Assembly (NCBI GenBank): GCA_045629765.1
Contig: JAZQRW010000058.1
Span: forward strand, 1-35,751
DNA from: Eubacteriales bacterium
Lineage (GTDB): Bacteria; Bacillota; Clostridia; Oscillospirales; CAG-272
Length of the DNA stretch: 35,751 nt
Direction: 5' to 3'
Shown: piece after piece, positions 9,111 to 19,436 of the stretch
Layout of the letters: the number at the start of each line of letters is the position of its first letter
How positions within the stretch are numbered: position 1 is the first letter of the stretch
Program-made: the position numbers and the translations under genes
Notes under the pieces: model-generated
What the model saw: only the letters and a program-made list of their open reading frames with translations
Told to the model about the DNA's origin: nothing
Databases searched by the model: none

Positions 9111-9172
9111 AATGCTCCAAAATGCTTATTTGAAAGAAACTAATGCTCTGAAAAGCTTATTTGCAAGAAACA
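9111..9172. repeat. 31-bp degenerate tandem duplication (26/31 identical)
   Basis: AATGCTCCAAAATGCTTATTTGAAAGAAACT versus AATGCTCTGAAAAGCTTATTTGCAAGAAACA. Confidence 0.8.
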
Positions 9173-9332
9173 AATGGTGTGAAAAACGCTTAAAATACTG
9201 TGATAATTTAGAAAATCCCAAAAATATTGCAACAAATCGTGGTAAATCGCTTTAAAATCTCCGTCAAACGCTAAAAAACGCAACTTAGCTGTCTTAAACC
9301 TTTTTGGATGTACATAAGTTTTGTAAAACAAA

Positions 9333-9348
9333 TGTTTCACGTGAAACA
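9333..9348. promoter_or_regulatory. parS: parS centromere site 2
   Basis: Perfect palindrome TGTTTCACGTGAAACA (extends to 22 bp, 9330-9351). Confidence 0.95.
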
Positions 9349-9724
9349 TTTTGATGTATTTTTGAATAATTTTGGGCATAGAAGCACCATGCGTATCCTA
9401 GATGCGAAGGACATACGACATACGGTAGAGAACGTTAATGTTGGATACAGAATATAAACAGTCCTGTTTGGGGCGAAAAAAGTACAAAACTAATAGCAAA
9501 TACGTAATAAAACAGCCTTTAACTGCAGAAAATAGGTAAAATCAAGCAAAAAATCAAGTAAAATGTGTGAAAAACAGACAAAAGCAGCAAAACCGTACGG
9601 GAATGGACAAGAAATAAACGAGTAAAGAAACTGATTGTGATTAAGCGATTTGAAATCTGTGTGCCTGGAACTATGTAAAAATAAAGAAATTAGCAACTTT
9701 GCTAACGAAAATTACGCATCCACA

Positions 9725-9766
9725 AGCTTTTTAGAGGATGTTTATAGCTTTTTAGAGGATGTTTAT
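9725..9766. repeat. 21-bp perfect tandem duplication
   Basis: AGCTTTTTAGAGGATGTTTAT at 9725 and 9746. Confidence 0.9.
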
Positions 9767-9838
9767 ACAACCTTACAACTTTGGGATTGATAAAAACGGA
9801 CTTAGTTTGGGGTCTGATTGGCAAAATAAGCGACTAAA

Positions 9839-9931
9839 TTTGGTTAAATTGATTATAAAATGGTAGGATTTTGGTTGAATTGCTTAAAAAATAGTAGGAT
9901 TTTGCTTGAATTGGTTAAAAAAATGGTATAT
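9839..9931. repeat. 31-bp degenerate tandem repeat, 3 copies
   Basis: Units of form TTTG(G/C)TT(A/G)AATTGnTTA..AAAT.GTA start at 9839, 9870 and 9901. Confidence 0.85.
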
Positions 9932-10803
9932 TTCTTGGAAAAAAGTGCCTTAAACGGCATAATGATTAAGAAAATGCTTTATAAACTGCTCTTTTGAAGT
10001 GGTTTCCTCATGCATTGAGTGAAATATAGGCTTGTTTTGCATTGACCTTGAGGTTAGACTGCGTTTGCTGATAAGAAAATATAATTACCAAATATTACCA
10101 ATTATTAACAGCTTTTCTTGCTCCTTGTTTTTTTGAAGGCTTTTTTGCGGCTTTTTTCGTTTTTTGTGCTTTTTTACATTTTTTGCTTGGCTTTTATTAA
10201 AAAAACGAATATTTTGATTGTAAATTGTACGAACAGACGAAAAATATTGTTGTATTTTATGAAGGTTTTGACACATAATTGCTGATATTTTGCAACATCA
10301 AATTCGCTTGTGGTAAATATTACGAATAATAAATATGCAAATATCATGAATAAATATACATGAATTGTGTTATTTAAGGTGCTTTAAGTAGCATTTTGGA
10401 TGCGTGTAGCTTGTTTACTCGCGCGAGCATTTGTGGTCGTGAAAGGTTGAAATTTAATGAATATTTTATACTGTCAGCACGAGTGATGACGTAAGTGGTA
10501 GGGTATAAATAAGGAAAAAAACACGTAAGAATAATGACATTAGAAGCATCTGCAAAAGAAAATCTTATGGCGGAAAAAATGTGCGTATAGTGTGCAATCG
10601 AGGTGTGATTGAAGAGTTTCACAAAGGTGTTATCCCCGGGGGAAGTGTCGCTAAAAACGTTTTTTGAAGCACGTCGCGGACGCATTTAATAAGGGGCTGT
10701 GTTGTTAAAGTCGCTTTTTACTAGGATTAAACTAGGATTAAGTCTATGTTTTGTGATTGAATACCTGCGTTTTGCTCTAAAGCTGATAGTATGGAAAATA
10801 TTA

Positions 10804-10832
10804 TTGACATTTACAAGAAAAAGAAGTATAAT
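10804..10832 (+). promoter_or_regulatory. Perfect-consensus SigA promoter
   Basis: TTGACA-17bp-TATAAT, about 370 bp upstream of the histidine phosphatase start. Confidence 0.75.
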
Positions 10833-11204
10833 AAGATATAGTTTTTTACGGTATATCAATAAAATTTTATGATCTAAAAATAAATACAACTGACTCTATC
10901 ACCCAACCAAGTGTCTTTTAAAGACAATTGTTTGGTTTTAAAAGCGATTTTAGCGGATTGTCGGTCTTTTTGTTTTTTTGTATTGAGCGCTTGATATAAA
11001 AACAGGGAGTTAAGCGGTGCACTCAAAAACTCTGCAAGTTTATAATGAATTTGTATTCATGTCTTGAGTCGCTGTAAGACGCATTTATCGCTCTTGTGTA
11101 CAGTGAATTGAATATGCACTATTTTATTCATTTTTAGGTTGGGTTGTGTTTATTGTGATTAAAAGAAAGCTTTTGAATTTAAAATGAATAGTGAGGATAG
11201 GAAA

Positions 11205-11849
11205 ATGTCAAAAACAACCCTTTATTTAGTTAGACACGGGCAGAGCATTGGTAATTCTTTGAATAGAATGCTTGGGCACACCGACCTTGATTTAACGGAG
11301 CTAGGGTACAAGCAGGCAGAAATGACGGCTAATGCGCTTCGTGACGTTAACTTTGCTGCTATTTATTCCTCCGATTTGCTACGCGCTAAAAATACCGCGC
11401 AGGCGAGCGCGACGCTACATAATCTTGACGTTATCACCGACGAAGGCTTGCGTGAAATTCATCTTGGTAAGTGGGAGGGGGCATACAAGAGTCAACTCGA
11501 TAAAGAGGATTTAGACCTGATTTTGAACGGCTGGCACAAGCAGTACGGAGAATTCCGTTGTCCCGGCGGAGAGGCTGTGTACGACGCCACTATGCGCGTG
11601 TACGTGGCACTTGAAGAAATCGCAAGAAAGCACGAGGGACAGACTGTTATGGCGACACTCCACGCCGGCGTAATTCGTGGATTTTGGGGTGTGATTTCGG
11701 GGATTCCTAAAGAAAAATGGGCTACTGAAACTGTTTTCCCTAGTAATTCGTCATATTCAATAATAGAGTATGACGGTGAGAAATTTACCCCTGTTTCGTA
11801 CTCTAACGATGAACACATGGGAGAGTTCGTCACCAGGATTAAGATGTGA
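11205..11849 (+). CDS. Histidine phosphatase family protein (phosphoglycerate mutase/CobC-like)
   Basis: LYLVRHGQS, YSSDLLRA, LREIHLGKWEG, PGGE and HAGVIR. GAGGA RBS favours ATG 11205 over 11184. Confidence 0.9.
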   Translation: MSKTTLYLVRHGQSIGNSLNRMLGHTDLDLTELGYKQAEMTANALRDVNFAAIYSSDLLRAKNTAQASATLHNLDVITDEGLREIHLGKWEGAYKSQLDKEDLDLILNGWHKQYGEFRCPGGEAVYDATMRVYVALEEIARKHEGQTVMATLHAGVIRGFWGVISGIPKEKWATETVFPSNSSYSIIEYDGEKFTPVSYSNDEHMGEFVTRIKM

Positions 11850-12008
11850 GCAGACGTGTGGGTGCAGCTCGGTTGCCGCGTGTGATTTTACACGGTGGCG
11901 CTCAATGAGAGTATAGGGAAGTCCTAACGATTGTTAATATATTTTCTGGAGGAGCAAATCCCACCTAACAAGTTTCACCTATATTTTGTGTCAACAACAA
12001 ATATTAAA

Positions 12009-12050
12009 ACCGCTATCTTTGCACTTGACTTTGATAGCGGTCTTCTTTTT
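12009..12050 (+). terminator. Intrinsic terminator (possibly bidirectional)
   Basis: ACCGCTATC...GATAGCGGT followed by CTTCTTTTT. Confidence 0.6.
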
Positions 12051-12355
12051 GTAAAGCAATCTTTACATTTAATGAGTTTTATCGTGTTTTATACCAGCAG
12101 TGGTTGCGGTACGTCGATGTAAAATGCGTTGCATTGGTTGAGGCGTCTGTTACAGACTTAGACGTGTCAGCTGCCTTGCCTTTCCAATCGCTATAATTGT
12201 GCTGCGATGCCAAGTTGACTTATCTTTAAAGATTATGCTTGTAAGGCTGCAACAATATCGAGCTCGTGGTCTGTAATTGAAGTTACACTGTCGGGTATTT
12301 AAAACTAGCACAAGCAAAACAAAAGATAACTACCTAATATTGTCGCACGTAACGC

Positions 12356-12393
12356 AAAAAAAGGCGGCGCAAGTGTTAACTTGAACCACCTTT
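12356..12393 (-). terminator. Intrinsic terminator of the dnaK operon
   Basis: Minus strand AAAGGTGGTTCAAG...CTTGCGCCGCCTTTTTTT, just after the dnaJ stop. Confidence 0.75.
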
Positions 12394-12411
12394 GATGTAT
12401 AATAATATGCT

Positions 12412-13554
12412 TTATTCAAACCACTTTTTGAAGAACTTTTTCTTCTTTGTATCAAACGTCTCGCCGGAAGCCTTTGCGAGCTCTGTAAGGAGCTTCTTCT
12501 GCTCGGAATTAAGATTTTTTGGAGTTTCAACAATGACTGTAAAAATGAGATTACCGACACGTTTTGGGTTGTTTACGTCCGGAATACCCTTGCCCTTGAG
12601 AGTAAATGACGTGCCTGTCTGCGTGCTCTCGGGAAGGTCAAACATTTCACTCTTGCCGTTAAGTAGGGGTACTTCAATTACCGCGCCGAGCGCCGCCTGT
12701 GCAAAGCTTATCGGAATCTCACAGTAGATATCGTTGCCGTCGCGGGTGAATATCTTATGCGGGCGAACCGTAACCTCAATGACTAAGCTACCGTTAGGAC
12801 CGCCATTTCTGCCCGCTGAGCCTTGATTGCGAAGAATAATTCTCTGCATTGAGTCAATGCCCGCAGGAATTGTTACCTCAAGCTTCTTTGAAATTTTGAT
12901 ATAGCCCTTGCCGTTACAGTTCTGGCAAGGCGTCTTGACAATTTTGCCCTTACCGCGACATTGTGAGCAGGTCTTCTGGGTCTGTGTGTAGCCAAACATT
13001 GTCTGCTGGTTTACAATATTGTAGCCCTTGCCGCGACAGTTAGGACAAGTCTCTGGCGAAGTACCCTTTGCCGCACCGCTCGCGTGACAGTCGGGACACT
13101 CCTCTATTCTTGCAAAGTTAATCTCTTTCTTACAGCCGAAAGCCGCCTCTTCAAAGGAAATAGAGACACGTGTGCCTATATCGTCGCCTTCCTCGGGCAT
13201 ATTTTGTCTTGCCTGCGAGCGTGATGAGCCACCGCCGAAGAATGAGGAAAAGATGTCGCCAAAGTCAAATCCGCCCTCAAATCCACCAAAGCCGCCAAAT
13301 CCACCGCCTGCGCCTGACGCCGGGTCAAATGCCGCGTGTCCGAAGCGGTCGTATTTTGCTTTTTTGTCCTCGTTGGAGAGCACGTCGTATGCTTCGTTGG
13401 CTTCCTTGAATTTCTCTTCCGCGTCCTTATCTCCCGGATTTCGGTCCGGGTGATATTTCATAGCGAGCTTGCGGTACGCTTTTTTAATTTCATCGGCCGA
13501 GGCATCCTTACCGACACCCAGTACCTCGTAATAATCGCGCTTATTTTCTGCCAT
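12412..13554 (-). CDS. dnaJ: Chaperone DnaJ
   Basis: J-domain ([11 protein letters not shown]), G/F-rich region and four CxxCxGxG-type zinc motifs. Start reassigned to ATG 13554 (MAENKRDYY). Confidence 0.98.
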   Translation of the reverse strand: MAENKRDYYEVLGVGKDASADEIKKAYRKLAMKYHPDRNPGDKDAEEKFKEANEAYDVLSNEDKKAKYDRFGHAAFDPASGAGGGFGGFGGFEGGFDFGDIFSSFFGGGSSRSQARQNMPEEGDDIGTRVSISFEEAAFGCKKEINFARIEECPDCHASGAAKGTSPETCPNCRGKGYNIVNQQTMFGYTQTQKTCSQCRGKGKIVKTPCQNCNGKGYIKISKKLEVTIPAGIDSMQRIILRNQGSAGRNGGPNGSLVIEVTVRPHKIFTRDGNDIYCEIPISFAQAALGAVIEVPLLNGKSEMFDLPESTQTGTSFTLKGKGIPDVNNPKRVGNLIFTVIVETPKNLNSEQKKLLTELAKASGETFDTKKKKFFKKWFE

Positions 13555-13590
13555 ATATGTTACCTTTTTTGTCAATTTGTCTTTTTGCAG

Positions 13591-13635
13591 ACCTATAGGG
13601 CGCATCAGTTGTGAAATTGACACGCCCCTAAGGTT
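13591..13635 (-). other. Intergenic stem-loop between dnaK and dnaJ (partial terminator or mRNA stabiliser)
   Basis: TAGGGCG..TCAGTT...AATTGA..CGCCCCTA inverted repeat. Confidence 0.55.
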
Positions 13636-13694
13636 TACTTTAAAAATGCAAACTTAAGTTAGTATTGATGCTGTAAAATGATTGGATTTAAGAC

Positions 13695-15554
<1,860 letters not shown>

Positions 15555-15559
15555 CTAAT

Positions 15560-16093
15560 TTAGTTTACGCTCTTGACCATTGCAAAGCGAATGATCTTAG
15601 CGCCCTTTTTGTATCCCTTTTGGAATACGTCTATTATTTCATTCTCGCCAAGGCTCTCGTCCTCGTCGTGCATAATAGCATTGTGAATATTGGGGTCAAA
15701 CTGCTCGCCTATTGCGCCGTAGGACTCAACTCCGAGCTTTTCAAGCACGCCCTTTACCGATGAGCTTATCATAACCAGACCCGCCTTTACCTTCTCAGCG
15801 TCGTCAAAGCTCTCGGCTCTTTCAAGATTGTCGATAATCGGTAAAATTTCCTTAACCGTATCCGCCATAGCGTTGCCGTACGTGGCGTCACGCTCTTCCT
15901 TTGAGCGACGGCGGAAATTCTCATATTCTGCAGCCATTCTAAGATACTTGTCGTTTAGTATTTTTAGCTCTTCTTCAAGCTCCAAGACCTTCTTTGTAAG
16001 CTCCTCAGCTGTGGGAGCTTCTGCCACGGTTTCTTCGTTCACCGTTTCCTCTATAATATTTTCTTTATTCTCTGCTTTCTTCTGCTTAGACAT
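15560..16093 (-). CDS. grpE: Nucleotide exchange factor GrpE
   Basis: LRMAAEYENFRRR, FDPNIHNAI and QKGY...IRFAMV; lies between hrcA and dnaK. Confidence 0.97.
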   Translation of the reverse strand: MSKQKKAENKENIIEETVNEETVAEAPTAEELTKKVLELEEELKILNDKYLRMAAEYENFRRRSKEERDATYGNAMADTVKEILPIIDNLERAESFDDAEKVKAGLVMISSSVKGVLEKLGVESYGAIGEQFDPNIHNAIMHDEDESLGENEIIDVFQKGYKKGAKIIRFAMVKSVN

Positions 16094-16129
16094 CTTTACT
16101 CCATTAAATGTAAATATTTATTTTCAAAA

Positions 16130-17206
16130 TCAATTGTTTTTGCTTTCGGGAAGTGCTTTAATATCGTTGTCGTTATCGCTATACATAAGGTCCATTCTGT
16201 TAGCAAGACTATTGATCATATCGATTACCTGCTGGTAATTCATTCTCTTAGGACCGATAACACCGACCGCAAACTGACTGCCCTTGATGTTGATATTCTT
16301 AAAAATCAAGGTGGTATTGCTCATAACGTCGGATTCGTTCTCTGCACCGATATAAACGTGTATACCCTCATCGCTAGTCGTGTGTGAGGAGATAACGTCC
16401 ATAAGCTTATCCTTCTTTTCAAGCACTCCGAGCAGGCTTCTTAGCTTCGTTACGTCAGAATACTCGGGGAACTGCAGAAGCTTGTTGATACCGTCGAGCT
16501 TAATATCTGCCGAGTCAAGCTCGCTTGTCGCCTCGTAGATTGCCTTGACCGTCGGGTGAACTATCCCGCCATACGTGCCCATAATTGCTTCGAGCTTCAT
16601 GATAAGCGGCACGGTGATTTCATCATTAGTGAGATTAACAAGATAAATATTAAGTGCTTCAGCGAAGCGAACTAATACTTCCTCTGTAATCGTAAACGGT
16701 AGATGAACCGTCTTGGTCTTTACGACGTCGGATTCAAACGACATAACCAATAAAAAGTCGCGAGAACCGAGGAAAACGGTGTTAAAGCGGACTATCCTTA
16801 CCGCTTTAGTGCCGGACTTAAAGGCGATGCCGGTATAATCCGAGAACGAAGCCGCAAGACGCGATGCTTCAGAGAGAATTTCGTCCATCTCGGTGAGCTT
16901 ATAGCGGAGTCGCTCGTTGATTTTGTCAATCTCGTGTCGGGTGGAAGTGTACTGCTGAATAAGAGTGTCAACGTATAGCCTATAACCCATCTCTGACGGG
17001 ATTCTGCCCGCTGACGTGTGCGGCTGTACTAGATAACCCATAGCCTCAAGCTCTGCCATCTCGTTGCGTATCGTCGCAGGTGAGCATCTTACCGAGGTTG
17101 TTTCGGCAATATATTTCGAGCCGACCGGCTCGCCGTTACTGATGTGCGCATCTACTAACGTCTTTAATATTTGTATTTTTCTCGGGGAAAGACGAGAGTC
17201 TTCCAT
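16130..17206 (-). CDS. hrcA: Heat-inducible transcription repressor HrcA
   Basis: EPVGSK, SPATIRNEMAELE, QPHTSAGRIPS and GVIGPKRMNY. Confidence 0.97.
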   Translation of the reverse strand: MEDSRLSPRKIQILKTLVDAHISNGEPVGSKYIAETTSVRCSPATIRNEMAELEAMGYLVQPHTSAGRIPSEMGYRLYVDTLIQQYTSTRHEIDKINERLRYKLTEMDEILSEASRLAASFSDYTGIAFKSGTKAVRIVRFNTVFLGSRDFLLVMSFESDVVKTKTVHLPFTITEEVLVRFAEALNIYLVNLTNDEITVPLIMKLEAIMGTYGGIVHPTVKAIYEATSELDSADIKLDGINKLLQFPEYSDVTKLRSLLGVLEKKDKLMDVISSHTTSDEGIHVYIGAENESDVMSNTTLIFKNINIKGSQFAVGVIGPKRMNYQQVIDMINSLANRMDLMYSDNDNDIKALPESKNN

Positions 17207-17228
17207 GTTGATGCTCCTTTCGTTTTAA

Positions 17229-17255
17229 TTAGCACTCGAAACTTATGAGTGCTAA
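17229..17255. promoter_or_regulatory. CIRCE element (HrcA operator)
   Basis: Perfect TTAGCACTC-N9-GAGTGCTAA between the hrcA promoter and RBS. Confidence 0.98.
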
Positions 17256-17268
17256 CGCTTACACCTAT

Positions 17269-17297
17269 AATATATACCTATTTTCAGAAATTGTCAA
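17269..17297 (-). promoter_or_regulatory. SigA promoter of hrcA-grpE-dnaK-dnaJ
   Basis: Minus strand TTGACA-17bp-TATATT directly upstream of CIRCE. Confidence 0.8.
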
Positions 17298-17455
17298 GGC
17301 TTTTACTCTTAAAAAGTGTGAACAATTTGTTAATATTAGTCGCTTAACCGGCGCAAGTGCTAAAATACTACACGAATTGACGGGGAAGTGCTTCGTTTTT
17401 ACCATAGTTGTCAATAAATATAAAGAGAGGCGGCAAAATCGTTAACAAAAACTCC

Positions 17456-17484
17456 TTGACAATACCTTCTAAATATTATATAAT
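17456..17484 (+). promoter_or_regulatory. SigA promoter of rny
   Basis: Perfect TTGACA-17bp-TATAAT. Confidence 0.8.
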
Positions 17485-17614
17485 GTATTTGTACAATTAT
17501 GCTTATTACATAGATGTCAGCCATTGTGATATAAAAATATATTGTATAAAACTAATTTTCATTTTATGTTTAAGATAGATTACTCGAAAAATAGTAATCA
17601 GGAGGAGGTGTATT

Positions 17615-19156
17615 GTGCATCCAATTTGGTGTATCATTATCGGAATTGTTGCTTTGGCAATTGGTGTGATAGTCGGTATAGTTATCCGCAAGGCAACTGC
17701 TGAGAAGAAGCTTGGTTCTGCTGAGGAGCAGGCAAGACATATTCTTGAAGACGCTATCAAGAACGCTGAGACGGTTAAGAAGGAGTCTATTATTTCCGCT
17801 AAGGAAGAGATTTTCCAGCTTAAGAAAGAAGCAGATATCGATATTAAGGAAAGACGCAAAGAGGTTTCCCGTCAAGAGAACAGAATTGCGCAGAAGGAAC
17901 AGAATCTTGACAAAAAGCTTGAGGGACTTGAAAAGAAAGAGCAGTCACTTCAGGACAAGCACGCTAATTGTGAAAAGCTGCAGGAGCAGATTAACGAGAC
18001 TCTCACACAGCAGCTTGCAAAGCTTGAGAGCATTGCAGGCATGACAAGGGAGGAGGCTAAGGCTGAGCTTGTTGCAAGGCTTGACTCCGAGATGGCTCAT
18101 GAGACTGCTGTTAAAATTGCGGAGTATGAGGAAAAGTTCAAGGACGAGGCTGACACCCGTGCTAAAGATATTCTCTCACTTGCAATTCAGCGTTGTGCCG
18201 CAGACCACGTTAGCGAAATTTCTATTTCAACAGTACAGATACCCGGCGATGAAATGAAGGGTAGAATTATCGGTAGAGAGGGTAGAAATATCAGAACTAT
18301 CGAGATGCAGACCGGCGTTGACCTTATCATTGACGACACGCCTGACGTTATTACGATTTCCGGCTTCGACCCCGTAAGACGAGAGATTGCAAGACTCGCA
18401 CTTGAGAAGCTTATCAGCGACGGTAGAATTCACCCTGCCAGAATCGAAGAGATGGTTGAGAAGGCTCGTCGTGATGTTGACGGTGCAATCAAGCAGGCGG
18501 GTGAGAAGGCTATCTTTGAGACAGGTGTTCACGGATTGCATCCTGAGCTTATCAAGCTCTTAGGTAGAATGAAGTACCGTACCTCTTACGGTCAGAATGC
18601 GCTCCGACACTCTATTGAGGTTTCAATGCTTGCCGGCGTTATCGCTGACGAAATGGGCGTTGACGTTACTATGGCACGCAGAGCAGGTCTTCTTCACGAT
18701 ATTGGTAAGGCAGTTACTGCTGAGGCTGAGGGCTCACACATTCAGCTCGGTGTTGAGATTGCTACTAAGTACAAGGAAAACAAGGATATTATCCACGCTA
18801 TTGAGGCACACCACGGTGACGTTGAGGCAAAGAGCGTTCTTGACTTCATTATCCAGGCTGCCGACGCAATCAGCGCGGCTCGCCCCGGCGCACGCCGTGA
18901 GGACGTTGAGAATTATATCAAGCGTCTTCAGAAGCTTGAAGAGGTTGCTGCAGACTTTGAGGGCGTTGACAAGACATTCGCAATTCAAGCAGGTAGAGAA
19001 GTGCGCATAATGGTTAAGCCCGAGCTCGTAGACGATGACAAAATGAAAATTCTTGCTCGTGACATCGCAAAGAAGATTGAGGGCGAGCTGGATTATCCGG
19101 GACAGATTAAGGTTTCAGTAATACGTGAATCGCGCACCGTCGACTACGCAAAGTAA
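17615..19156 (+). CDS. rny: Ribonuclease Y
   Basis: N-terminal TM, coiled coil, KH domain ([14 protein letters not shown]) and HD domain ([20 protein letters not shown]). AGGAGG RBS, GTG start. Confidence 0.98.
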   Translation: MHPIWCIIIGIVALAIGVIVGIVIRKATAEKKLGSAEEQARHILEDAIKNAETVKKESIISAKEEIFQLKKEADIDIKERRKEVSRQENRIAQKEQNLDKKLEGLEKKEQSLQDKHANCEKLQEQINETLTQQLAKLESIAGMTREEAKAELVARLDSEMAHETAVKIAEYEEKFKDEADTRAKDILSLAIQRCAADHVSEISISTVQIPGDEMKGRIIGREGRNIRTIEMQTGVDLIIDDTPDVITISGFDPVRREIARLALEKLISDGRIHPARIEEMVEKARRDVDGAIKQAGEKAIFETGVHGLHPELIKLLGRMKYRTSYGQNALRHSIEVSMLAGVIADEMGVDVTMARRAGLLHDIGKAVTAEAEGSHIQLGVEIATKYKENKDIIHAIEAHHGDVEAKSVLDFIIQAADAISAARPGARREDVENYIKRLQKLEEVAADFEGVDKTFAIQAGREVRIMVKPELVDDDKMKILARDIAKKIEGELDYPGQIKVSVIRESRTVDYAK

Positions 19157-19259
19157 TCGGTAAATTTTGGCAATATGGCTCCGTTTCGAACCACTCGACG
19201 TAGGTAACTACGCCTTCGGGTTCTCAGCCGTGCCATCTTGAGCAAAATTTTCTCGATTA
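19154..19259. repeat. ~106-bp long imperfect palindrome (MITE/REP-like or structured RNA)
   Basis: Nested pairings TAATCG/CGATTA, AAATTTTG/CAAAATTT, ATGGC/GCCAT, GAACC/GGTTC and CGTAG-GTAA-CTACG. Confidence 0.6.
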
Positions 19260-19291
19260 AGACAATTTCGTACGGAATTAAAACAAAAAAC

Positions 19292-19326
19292 AGGCTAGTC
19301 TAGGTTAACCACCTATTCTAGCCTTT
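19292..19326 (+). terminator. Intrinsic terminator downstream of rny
   Basis: AGGCTAG..TAGGT...ACCTA..CTAGCCT followed by T-rich sequence. Confidence 0.65.
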
Positions 19327-19364
19327 AATTTTTTGCTCGAAAGCAAAAAATAATCATTTTGTAA

Positions 19365-19393
19365 TTTACTTCTTAAGAAAAATATGCTATACT
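19365..19393 (+). promoter_or_regulatory. SigA-type promoter of ORF 19437
   Basis: TTTACT-17bp-TATACT with TG extended -10. Confidence 0.55.
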
Positions 19394-19436
19394 ATGTGTA
19401 TAATATAATTATTAATGAAGACTTTGAGGTGGCTAA

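Noticed and set aside
8658-9931. CRISPR array
   Set aside because: The repeats are head-to-tail duplications of unrelated units without unique spacers, and there are no cas genes.
8359-10889. Short ORFs in the track (8359-8661, 8790-8990, 9064-9255, 9140-9379, 9490-9696, 10085-10276, 10374-10685, 10686-10889)
   Set aside because: No recognisable motifs or clear RBS, and composition mirrors the A/T tracts. MFHVKH in 9140-9379 is simply the translated parS palindrome.
10998-11080. Cobalamin riboswitch upstream of the CobC-like phosphatase
   Set aside because: AACAGGGA..CGGTG and GCTGTAA fragments are present, but the spacing is wrong and no B12-box is visible.
8301-11183. oriC
   Set aside because: I found no perfect TTATCCACA and only two loose DnaA-box matches (9178, 9566), with no box cluster and no dnaA in the window. 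Not supported, though not excluded without a skew analysis.
13555-13623. N-terminal extension of DnaJ given by the ORF track
   Set aside because: It overlaps the intergenic stem-loop, and ATG 13554 gives a normal J-domain start. Track starts for parB, the XRE protein, the phosphatase and addA were likewise moved to RBS-supported codons.
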